Assembly: GCA_963721815.1 (NCBI GenBank)
Contig: CAVRLO010000021.1
Span: 96,066-160,065, forward strand
Length of the DNA: 64,000 nt
From: an uncultured Candidatus Rokubacteria bacterium
GTDB taxonomy: Bacteria; Methylomirabilota; Methylomirabilia; Rokubacteriales; CSP1-6
Reading direction: 5' to 3'
Within the stretch, counting starts at the first letter, position 1, and every line of letters begins with the position of its first letter. Positions 11,645 through 21,789 of this stretch are shown piece after piece. Below the pieces are notes generated by a model that saw nothing but the letters and a program-made list of their open reading frames with translations, did not search any database and was not told where the DNA came from. Made by a program: the position numbers and the translations under genes.

Positions 11645-13871
11645 TTACGGAGGAACACGCCGGAGTTGGCTCGGACTGGATCGAAATAGGTCGTTTCGGG
11701 CGTGCCGTCGAGCAACCGGTCGGCGAGCTCCACGCCCTGCATGAAGCTGTGGTCCTGGTTCGCGACCTCGTATTTCCAGCCTCCGAACCGCCCGCGAGAG
11801 TAGATGTGGTGATCGGCCAGTGCGGGGATCAGCTGGCCGAGCACCTCGTCGCGGCCGAGAAACGGCGTCGGGTAGCCGTGCTCGACGCGCCGATGCCAGA
11901 AGCTGACGACGTCGGCGTCGGCGCCGATCAGGCCATCCTTTCGCATCGCGGCGAGCACCCAATCCCGAAGCGAGGATTCATCGACCGGCCTGTCCGGCGA
12001 CTCGCACACCTCGGCCATCAGCGAGAAATAGCGCTCGGCGTCCGGGACGTTGGCGGGTGAGTAGTTCGAGAAGACGGTCACCCGGTAATAGGGATTGTGA
12101 TCCTCCGGATAGTACATCCAGCACTTGCGGCCGAGCTCGGTGGGTAACGGACCCCTGAGGCCGACGCCGACGATGTGGACCGAGCTGTGAACGAGCGCCC
12201 GTGCGGCCCGTCTCGTGTCGGCCGCCAGGCCCTCACACGCCTCGGCCAACAGGTCGACAGGCATCGACGTGATCAGCGTGTCGTATCGCATCGTCCGGCC
12301 GTTGGCGAGCGTCACGGTGCGGCCGGCGGCGTCGACGCGGGCGAATCGATGGTCGAAGAGCAGATGCGTGGGCGCGATGAGCTCGGCGACTCGCCGCCAG
12401 ATTGCGCCGGTGCCACCCTGCTTGGGGAATCTAAAGCGATGGTTCGGCCCCCACGAGACGTCGTCGCGGCCTTCGGCGATATTCCTTCGGATGCGCTCGA
12501 TATCAGGGACGGCGACGCGCTCGCCCATCCACGTGACGCCCATTCGCTCCGGCGGCACTCCCCAGACCTTGAGGTTGTAAGGGGAGAGGAAGAGCTGGGC
12601 GATGCCTTCGCCGAATGTCGTGTGGATCCACTCGTCGAAGTGGGCGGCCGGCCGTCGTTGGACGGGCTGCGGCGGCGCGCTCGAGCCCTCGCAGCGCGAG
12701 ATCCATGTCTTCGCGATCGAGCCGGTGAATGTTGTTCTGGAACGGATACGGAACGAAGCGTCCCTTGATCCACACCCACGACTCGCGCTCGTGCCAGAAC
12801 CACTCGTCGCCGAGGGCGGCGTCGAGGACGTCGTCGTAGTACGGCGTAGTGGCTGAACTGCACGTGGCCACCGAGGTCCCACGTGAAGCCCTGTTCGTCC
12901 ACGACGCTCGTCGCGAGGCCACCCGCCGCGTGCGCCGACTCGAGGACGTGGAAGTCGTGGAAGCCGAGTTGCTGGAACCGATGAGCGGCGCCAAGCCCCG
13001 TCGGTCCGGCGCCGAGGATGAGAACCCGGCCGGGATCGTGCGTCAGCGCCACCCAGGCGCTCCGTGCGCGCAGCGCGGCCGTCACGGTCTGGCCGAAGGC
13101 CCGTGCCGCGGCCTTCCACAGGCGCCATTTGACGATCGAGACCGTTCCCGTCCGCCGTCCGCGGTGAGGCACCCACACCTCGCGAACTCGCAGCCCTCGC
13201 CGGGCTGCCAGCCCCGAGATGATCACGTTCGGCGCGAACGTCTCGGCCGGGATCACGGCAAGAATCGACTCCAGGCTCGAGCGGCGCATGAGCCGATAGG
13301 GTGCATTGACGTCCGTCACGGCGTGACCGAACAACGTCCACACCGTGGCCCGGGACACCGCGGTGATGAGCCGGCGCGCCAGCGGGGAGTCTCGGTGTTG
13401 TCGCCGGCCGACCAGCAGATCGAAGTCGTCTCGTCGCGCCCAGAGCCCCTCGAAGTGCTCAGGTCCCATCTCGTCGTCACTGTCGACCTGAAAGACCCAT
13501 TCGCCGCGAGCCTCGCGATAGCCGCGGAGGATCGTCGGCCCGTGACCCGAGTTCGCCTTGCGCGTCACGACGAGGCCGGGCTGATCGTCGGCGAGCCGCT
13601 CGAGGATGCGGCCCGTCTCGTCCCGCGACCCGTCGTCGTACGCGAGGAACTCGTAGTCGAGGCCGAGGCGCTCGAGCTCTTGCAGCCACGAGGTTACGAC
13701 TTCGGCGATCACGGCGCCCTCGTTGTACACGGGCATCACGATCGACAACTCCGGCTGGGCGAGGTCGCCGTGACGTCGACCGCGTGCCTCTCTGGGTTCG
13801 ACGGGCGACCGGAACGATGGCAAGCCGCTGCTCTCCTTTGTTGCATCCAGTCGGTGCAATCGATAAGCCAC
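11641..13871 (-). CDS. Fusion protein: N-terminal GT2 glycosyltransferase plus C-terminal eukaryotic-type UDP-galactopyranose mutase-like flavoenzyme; at least 2 frame breaks
   Basis: GT2 part: SIVMPVYNEG, LAYDDGSRDET, VDSDDE. The mutase part follows in the same frame with no stop: ILGAGPTGLGAA, GFTWDLGGHVQFSHY, YPFQNN, FDEWI, YNLKVW, WMGERVA, FRFP..GGTG, YFSLM, HGYPTP, YSRGRFGGWKYEVANQDHSFMQG. Confidence 0.75.
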
Positions 13872-14164
13872 GCCTGACCGGCGGCGAAATTCTGGCCGAC
13901 GAGCGCGCTCGTTGGCGCAAGTGGCTGATCCCTATGGCGCCTTTCCGGACAGCCCACTGTCTCGTGCGGGACATCAGAAGGAGTGTCTGACAGGGATGGT
14001 TAGCCTCTTGCCGGACTGTCCATGGCCACTAGCGCCGTCGATGGCTCGTTTCTGGCCAACCCGACCGGAAACTACCGTTCGCGGAAGGTCAAAATCTCGC
14101 AGGAACGATAGTTAAATCAGCTAGTTGCCATTGGTATACCTCTTGCCTCTCAGAAGCGGAGAGT

Positions 14165-14833
14165 TTGACTCGAGGACCGGAGACCATGGCGACAGCCGAG
14201 TCCGTGGAGCACACAGTCGAGCGTCCCTCCGTCGGCGAGCGGGCGCCGCTCTTCTCGCTTCCTTCGGTCCGTGGACCGATGGTGGACCTGGCCTCCTACC
14301 GGGAGCGTCGCAACGTGGTCGTGTGGTTCTCGCGCGGCTTCACGTGCCCCTTCTGTCGAATCTACACGGACGGCATCCGGAGCAACTACGAGGCGCTCCG
14401 GAGCGCCGAGACCGAGGTCATCCAGGTGGCGCCGAATCTCCTGGAGAGCGCGCGGCGATATTTCGGCCCCGCGCCGCTGCCGTTCCCGTTCGTGTGCGAT
14501 CCCGACAAGCGGCTCTTCGCGGTCTACGGCCTCGGCGATCGGGGTGCGCTCGAGGCGACCCGCACGGCAGTGGTGAGCTTCGCTCACGCGTTCACACACG
14601 GCGACAGCGTCAACCAGACGCGCGGGGCGTTCTTCGACGTCATGAACCGGAACTTCGTGCGCCGCCTTCATCACCACGCGATGACCGCGCACGAGCAGGG
14701 CATGTTCCTGATCGACAAGCACGGCGTGATCCGGAACGTCACGGTGGTCGGCCCGATCGATCCGGTTCCAAGCGGCGCGGAGCTCGCCGAGCTGGCGCGC
14801 GCCCGCTGCGTCCCGATGTACGTACCGGCATGA
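14165..14833 (+). CDS. AhpC/TSA-family peroxiredoxin-like thiol oxidoreductase
   Basis: Intact 222-aa ORF. VVVWFSRGFTCPFCRIY is a thioredoxin-fold CxxC context. The start may instead be 14186. Confidence 0.75.
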   Translation: MTRGPETMATAESVEHTVERPSVGERAPLFSLPSVRGPMVDLASYRERRNVVVWFSRGFTCPFCRIYTDGIRSNYEALRSAETEVIQVAPNLLESARRYFGPAPLPFPFVCDPDKRLFAVYGLGDRGALEATRTAVVSFAHAFTHGDSVNQTRGAFFDVMNRNFVRRLHHHAMTAHEQGMFLIDKHGVIRNVTVVGPIDPVPSGAELAELARARCVPMYVPA

Positions 14834-16373
14834 GCCAGGCCGAACGCCTCACGCGGCTGAGCGAGCTTCTGATCGAGCTGTTCCGTTCGCCGATTCCCAC
14901 CCACTTCTTCCAGACCCTCGGCGACCACGCGGGCAGCGTGGTCGCGCGCGACTATCTCGCGGTGTGTCTGTCGGATCCCGACAAAGGGAGCTACCTCGTG
15001 CATACGCTCGCCGGCCTCGACACCGGCGCCGTGAGCCTGCGGGCATTCCCGCTCTACGAGGGGCTACCGGGGCGCGCGATCACCACGGGGCATGCGCAAC
15101 GGATCGACGATCTGAGCGACGTCCGCGAGGGCGTCCACGATCTCGAAGGTGTGCTGATCGCGGCCGGTTTGCGCGCGACCCTGGTCGTACCGATCCGCCG
15201 GGGGCTCGACGTGCTGGGCGCGCTGCTCGTTCGCGGCCCGCCGTCCGATCACGTACGGCGACGAGGACGTCCAGGTGGCGACCCTGCTGGCGGCGGGGCT
15301 CTCGGCCGCGCTCGAGACCTCGCAGGCCTACCAGTCGCTCGCCGACGAGCGCATGACGATGCTCGGCGTGCTCGGCAGCACCGCGGACGCGGTGATCGCG
15401 ATGAACCAGGGCGGCCTCGTGCTGCTCGCGAACGGAGCGGTGCGCCAGATGCTCGGCTTGTCGCCGGACGCGGTCGAGGGCCGGCCGCTGCTCGAGGTCG
15501 TCGACTACGACCCGCTGCGCGAGCTGTTCGTGAAGGGCGAGCCCGGCATCTCCGAGCTGCCGCTGCCCGACGGCCGGACCGCGCAGGCGAGCCTGGTCCA
15601 GGTCGTGACCCCCTTTGGCGAGCCCGTCGGACTGGCGGTCGTGCTCCGCGACATCACCTTGCTGAAGAACCTCGAGCAGATGAAGAACGACTTCGTCAAC
15701 ACCGTCTCGCACGATCTGAAGAGCCCGATCACGGTCATCGCGGGTCTCGCGGACCTGATGCGGATGGCCGGGCCGACGGATCCGAATTTCGAGGCGCACT
15801 GGTCCAGAACATCCGCGATACGGCTCAGCACATGGCCGACCTCGTCACCGACCTCCTCGACATCGGGAAGATCGAAGCCGGGCTCGATGCCGCCCGGGAG
15901 CCGATGGACTGGTGCCCGCCGCCGGGGAGGCCATGCGGATCGTGGCACCCAACGCGGAGCGCAAGACGATCGAGCTCCAGACGGATCTGCCCGAAGAGGC
16001 GATCGTCATGGCCGCCCCGATTCGAATCCGACAAGCGCTCGTCAATCTCATCGACAACGGCATCAAGTACACGCCGTCGGGGGGGCGGGTCACGGTTTCG
16101 GCCGCGTTCTCCGCCGACAGCGACGGCGCCCAGACCGTGACGATTCGCGTGTCGGACACGGGCCTGGGGATTCCGGCCCGCGACCTGCCTCACGTGTTCG
16201 ACAAGTTCTATCGGGTCCAGAGCAAGGCGACCCGCGAGATCGCCGGCACCGGGCTCGGGCTCGCGATCACCAAGACCATCGTGGAGTCGGTCGGCGGGCG
16301 AATCTCCGTCGAGAGCCTCGAGGGAGCCGGCACGACGTTCGCTGTCGCGCTACCGGTCGCTCAGCCGAGATAG
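14830..16373 (+). CDS. GAF-PAS sensor histidine kinase; three frame breaks
   Basis: The ATG at 14830 overlaps the peroxiredoxin stop (ATGA). A GAF-like segment and a PAS-like segment (ADAVIAMNQGG...LRDIT) are present. The H-box is FVNTVSHDLKSPIT. The HATPase_c N and G boxes are LIDNGIKYTP, DTGLGIP and GTGLGLAI. The frame ends at 16373. Confidence 0.85.
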
Positions 16374-17535
16374 GACGCCACGAAGGTTCCGCTCGATCCT
16401 TGCGCGCCGAAGCGCCCGAGGGCGAACGGCGCGGGCTCGACCGGCGGTGTGGCGCCGGTGATCAGCGCCGCCATCATCTCCCCGACGGCGGGCGACAGCT
16501 TGAAGCCGTGCCCGCTCATGCCGGCGGCGATCCAGAAGCCGCTCAGCGGCGACTCGTCGAGGATCGGCATCCAGTCGGGGGTGATGTCGAACGCTCCGGC
16601 CCAGCCGCGACGGTAGCGCGCCTCGGCCAGGCGCGGGATCGCGCGGCCGGTGCGCTCGAGCACTTCGGACGCTTCGTCGAGACCCACGTCGGCGCCGAGC
16701 AGCTCGGGCTCCATCGGGTGCTGTGTCTCGTCGTCGGTGAGCGAGCCGGTGAGGGTGAGTCCGCCCGTTTCGGGGCGCGCGTAGCTTCCACCAGCAAGAT
16801 CGAGATAGACGAGATGCGGCCGGCCGAACGACGCGTCGCGCTCGACCACGAACACCGGATGGCGGCCGATCACGATCGGGAGCTCGACCCCGGCCAGGCG
16901 CGCGACGGCCGGCGACCAGAGGCCCGCCGCGTTGACGACGACCGGCGTGTCGATGCGCTCGCCCGCGGCGGTGTCGACGCCCTCGACGCGGCCGGCCGCG
17001 CTACGGATCGCGACGACCTCGACACCCTGTTCGATACGCGCGCCGTTGCGGCGTGCCGCGTCGGCGTAGCCGTTCGTGACCGCGGTCGGATCGCCGTAGC
17101 CCGATTCGGGCTCGTAGAGGACGGCGCCGACGGTCTCGGGATCGATCCGCGGCTCGACGCGCGCGAGGTCTCTCGGGCTCCAGCACTTCGGCGCGGACGC
17201 CGACGGACCGCTGCAGCTTGACCGTCGCTTCGAGCTTCGCCCGCATCGTGCGCCGAGACGCCGATCAACGCGCCGCACGCGACGTAGCCGGCTTCGCCGC
17301 CGACCGCGTCGCCGAAGCGCTGGAACACGCCGAGCGAGCGCACGACCATGCGGCTGGTCTCCGCTGTCGGGTAGAGCTGGCGGACGATGCCGACGGATCG
17401 GCCCGTGCCCCCGGACGCCAGGGTCCTTCGCTCGAGCAAGAGGACGTCGCGCACGCCGGCGACAGTGAGGTGAAAGGCGATCGAAGCGCCGGTGACGCCA
17501 CCGCCGATGATGACGACGGAGGCCCGGCGGCTCAC
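16361..17535 (-). CDS. FAD-dependent oxidoreductase (DAO / sarcosine-oxidase-beta-like); one frame break near 17250
   Basis: Motifs VVIIGGGVTGASIAFHL, LLERRTLASGGTGRS and the C-terminal GMSGHGFKLSPAVGE. A possible GTG start lies at 17535, but the frame is open upstream into the MOSC region. Confidence 0.75.
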
Positions 17536-18036
17536 CTGGAGGCGGCGGCGCGTCAGCTCGGCGGCCCGGATCTCGTCGAGCAGGCGCACCGGATCGTCAC
17601 GGCGGATCGTGCCCTCGACCAGCACCCGCGCGTAGACGCGACTCCAGCCGGGATGACGCTTCTGGGACACGCGGGCGAACTCACCGTCCTTGAAGGCGCC
17701 CACGATGTTGACGCACGGGCTCGTGTAGCGCGTCACCTGGACGAGCACCTGGTCGCCGAGCAGCATGTGGTCGCCCGGCACGACGGCGGACCAGTCGAGT
17801 CCCCCGACCGTCACGTTCTCGCCGATGCCGCCGGGCATGATCGAGTGGCCCTCGGCCTGGAGGCGCTCGATCGCCTCGATCGAATAGAGGCAGACGGCGC
17901 GCTCCGGGCCCCCGTGAAGCTCACGATTGCGTTGCGCGTCGCCCTCGAGTCCCTTGGTCGTCACTCGCGCCGCGGGAACGGCCGTCTTCGGAACCCCGCC
18001 CCGCGAGATGCTGATCTGAACGATCCTGGCGTTCAC
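17536..18036 (-). CDS. MOSC-domain protein segment, in frame with the downstream FAD oxidoreductase and with no stop between them
   Basis: GTG at 18036. IVQISISRGGVPK ... GLEGD ... HGGPERAV ... PGGIGENV ... YTSPC is a typical MOSC / YiiM-like pattern. Confidence 0.6.
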
Positions 18037-18089
18037 TTCCTGCGCCTCCACTCGAGAATTCTCCGGCGATTGTACGCGAGCGGCACCGC

Positions 18090-18545
18090 TCAGCGGTTGT
18101 CGCGGCGGATCATCCGCTGCACTCGCGCCTCCAGCACCTGCTCGTCGCGCTGGTTGAGCACTCGGTGGAGGTAGGTGACGATCCCGCGGTCGGCCTTCTT
18201 GGTCTCTCGCTTGTCGGTGACCTTGATCTCCACCGTCAGGGTGTCGCCCTCGAGCACCGGCGCCGTCAGGCGCATCTCGCCGCCGAGATAGGCCATCCCC
18301 GTGCCGTGGATGAGCCCGGTCTGCATGATGAGTCCCTCGGAGAGCGCGAAGGTCAAGGCTCCGGGGGCCGCGCGCCGCTTGAACACCGACTCGCGCGCGA
18401 CGTATTCCATGTCCATGAAGAGCGGCTCGGTGAAGCCGCACAAGTTGACGAAGGTCACGATGTCGGTCTCCGACACGGTCCGACTGAGGGTGCGGAAGGT
18501 GGCGCCGACTTCGTGCTGCTCGAAGGTCAAACCGTGGCTTCTCAT
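18090..18545 (-). CDS. MaoC-like (R)-specific enoyl-CoA hydratase / hot-dog fold dehydratase
   Basis: Intact 151-aa reading frame from the ATG at 18545 (it overlaps the upstream stop, ATGA). Hot-dog pattern FVNLCGFTEPLFMD ... GTGMAYLGG. Confidence 0.75.
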   Translation of the reverse strand: MRSHGLTFEQHEVGATFRTLSRTVSETDIVTFVNLCGFTEPLFMDMEYVARESVFKRRAAPGALTFALSEGLIMQTGLIHGTGMAYLGGEMRLTAPVLEGDTLTVEIKVTDKRETKKADRGIVTYLHRVLNQRDEQVLEARVQRMIRRDNR

Positions 18546-20205
18546 CGCCGGGTCCTTTCGTCGGTGGCGGGCGCCGCGCGGCGCTCGTAGACGGCGATCC
18601 AGCGGTCCGTGACGGGCGTGTAGGCCGCCGCCGCCTCGCCCCAAAGATAGCGCGTCTGCTCGGGCGAGATGATGTCGATGATGCCGACGCGCTGGAATCG
18701 CTTCTGGTACTCGTCGAACCAGCGGAAGATCGTCTGATCCGACTCCGCGCGGATGAGCCACGAGGACCACACGTGCACGAAGACCACGAAACGTGGATTC
18801 CCCGTCTCGATCTCGCGCACCATGTCCTGCTGCATCACGGTCGCGTACGGCCGGGGCTCCATCAGCGGATACGTGTAGACGAATCCGGTGGCGCCGCGTC
18901 GCTGCGCGTAGAAGTAGATCTCCGGCTCCGAGCCCACCACGGCGATGCGGTCGTCGACCGCGGTCCGTTCCTTGAGGTATCTGCTGATCTCGACCGCTTC
19001 GGGAAACGGATTCATGCCGTACAGGGCGCGGCCCACCTGGCGGGGCGTGGCGGTGAAGAGGATCGCGCGCTCCAGGTAGAGGAGGTGTAAGAGCGGAACG
19101 GCCGTGAGCAGGACCGCGATGGCCGCCCGCGCGGTTGGCGCCGCGCCGGAGGCCAGGCGGCGGGTGACGGCGTCGACCGCGAGACCCGCAAGGAGCGCGA
19201 CGGCTGGAAGCACGAGGATGAAGTACTGGTTCCGGAAGTAGAGGCCCGCCGACGTCCCGATGAAGCCGGAGACCAGGAGGAGGCCGATCGGGGCGACTCG
19301 CGAACGGGCGGCGCGATCCCAGACGACGGCGGTGAGCCCGAGGGCGGAGAGGGCCACCGTGAGGTAGCAGGTAGGCAGGATGGATCCGAGCGCGGCCCAG
19401 AGGTTGCTTCGCGCCACGCGCCAGCGGCTCGCTGGTGCCGTAGTGATATGCGTACGTGAACGTCCACAACCAGAACGAGCCGAGGGTGCCGGCGGAGAGC
19501 AGCAGCAGACAGAGCGCCGCGAACGGCGCCACGGCGCCGGCCACGAACGTCGCGCCGGCGAGCAGCCTCGACCGCTTATCGCCTCGCGCGCGCAGCCAGC
19601 ACGTACCCAAGACCGAGCAGCGCGAAGGCGCCGCCGCTCTGCTTCACCAGAAATGCCGCGCCGAAGAGCGCCCCGGCGCCCAGCAGCGCGATCCGTCGGG
19701 GCTCGCTCAGGCCGGTGAGCGCCAGGATGCCCAGGAGTACGGGTACCACCACGAAGTGCTCGGCGTAGGCCACCGGCGAGAACAGCCGCGGGCTGAGGGC
19801 TAGCGTGGCATACGCCGCGCTTGCGACCACGCCGCCGAGCGTACCGATCAGGCGGCGCCCAACCAGGAACATCAGGACGATCGCGATCGCGTTGGCGATC
19901 AGGAGCCCCACGTGGACCGCCGTCGGCGTCTGGCCGAGCGCGGCGAGCATCGCGGCGTAGACGAGGTAGATGCCGGGCATCTTGAAGTTGTACGCGGCTG
20001 CGTACGGCGGAATACCCTGCAGCAGGAGCTGCCCGAAGTACGCGTACTCACCCTCGTCTCGATCGAGCGGTAGGTCGACCAGCCGCATGCGGACCATCGC
20101 CACACCCGCCAGGATCAGGACCACGACAATCCAGGCCCAGAGCCCCCCGCGTCCGGATTCCGGGCTCGCGGAGCCTCCCGGCACGGCCGAGTCGAGCGCG
20201 ATCAC
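18542..20205 (-). CDS. GT-C-like polytopic membrane glycosyltransferase, paralogue 2; two frame breaks
   Basis: The N-terminal loop VDLPLDRDEGEYAYFGQLLLQGIPPY is followed by many TM helices. The C-terminal soluble domain is VVGSEPEIYFYAQRRGATGFVYTYPLME...FVVFVH. Confidence 0.6.
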
Positions 20206-21789
20206 CGCGGGCGTGCTCGCTCGAACACCATCAGCCAGACGTCGGAGCGCGGCGCATAGCCGCCCGCCGCGTCACCCCACCGGTACACGGTCTCCTGCGG
20301 TGAGACGATGTCCGCCACGCCCACCCGGGTGAAGCCACGCTGGTAGGCCTCGAACCAGCCGAAGATCGTCTGATCGGAGCCCGGCCGCGCGATCCACGAT
20401 CGAGTCGCGCTGACGAAGACGAGGAACCGAGGCGCTGCGGTCTCGATCTCCCTGATCATCTCCCGCTGCATCGCCGAGGCGTACGGCTGCAGCTCCATCA
20501 GCGGATACGTGTAGATGTAGCCGGTCGCCGATCGACGGGCCGCGTAGAAATAGATCTGCGGCTCCGAGCCGACGACGGCGACTCGATCGTCCGTCGCGCT
20601 GTGCTCCCGGATGTAGCGCGCGATCTCCACCGACTCTGGAAACGGGTTGCGCCCATAGATGGCTCGCGAGACTTGATCCGGGTCCAGCGCGAAGAGCACC
20701 GCGCGCGATGCGTGCAGCGGCTGGCCAAGGGCGGCGGCGAGCAGGAGACACGGCAGCGCCCAGCGGAGCGCGCCCGGCCGCCGCGCCGCCAGAAGATCGG
20801 CCAGCGCGGCCAGCCCGAGGCCCGCGAGCAGCGCCAGAGCCGGGATGGCAATCAGGAAGTAGTGCGGCCTGAACTGCAGGCCCAGGGTCGTTCCCAGAAG
20901 CGACGAGGCCACCAGGATCAGCACGAGACGCTCGGCGATCGCGGCGTCGATCGCGGAGGATCGCGACGAGCCCGATGGCGGCCAGGGCCAGCGCCACCGA
21001 TACGGACGGCACGACCGCGCCGAGAGTCCGAGCCAGATTGCCCCAGCCCGTCGAAAGATCCGCCTGGTAGTAGGGCGCGTACGAGAACACCCAGAACCAA
21101 AAGGTTCTGAAGGTCCCAGCCGCCAGGAGCGCGAGGCACGCGAGCGCCAGCGGCGTGGCGGCGCCGCCGAGAACGATGGCGACAGCGGAGGCTCGTCCGA
21201 TACGGGGCCTCTCCGAGGATTCGGAGACGAGCAAGTAGAACACTGCGCCGGCGATGAAGATCGCCGCGCTCTGGCGCACGAGAAGCCCCAGGCCGAACAG
21301 GATTCCACACGCGAGCACGTGAAGCGGCCGCCGCTCGCGGGCGGTCTTTCCCAAGGCGAGCGCTCCCGCGACGATCGGAAGGAGCGCGAAGTGCTCGGCA
21401 TAGGCGGCGAGGCCGAGGACCTTGGGGTTGAGCGAGAGAGCGGCGAAGACCGCGGCCGAGACGACCCCCACGACCGGTCCGGCGAGGCGAGCGCCGAGAA
21501 GATAGGTGCCCACCGTGGTAGCCGAGGTCGCCAGGATCAGGCCGGCGTGGATCCCCGCCTGTGTCTGGCCAAAGGCGGCGAGGATCAGGGCGTAGACGCC
21601 GTAGATCCCCGGGAGCTTGAGGTTGTAGGCCAGGGCGTACGGCGGGATGCCGTCGAGCAGGAGCTGGCCGAAGTACGCGTACTCGCCCTCGTCGCGATCG
21701 AGCGGGACGTCGAGCAGCCGGAGCCGGATCGCGGCGGCCGCGGCGACCACCGCCGCCACCGCGAGCCACGCCCACACGCGGAGCGTCAC
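20202..21789 (-). CDS. GT-C-like polytopic membrane glycosyltransferase, paralogue 3 (tandem duplicate of paralogue 2); one frame break near 20930
   Basis: LDVPLDRDEGEYAYFGQLLLDGIPPY ... VVGSEPQIYFYAARRSATGYIYTYPLME...FLVFVS. The GTG at 21789 overlaps the upstream stop (GTGA), and its own stop overlaps the start of paralogue 2. Confidence 0.6.
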
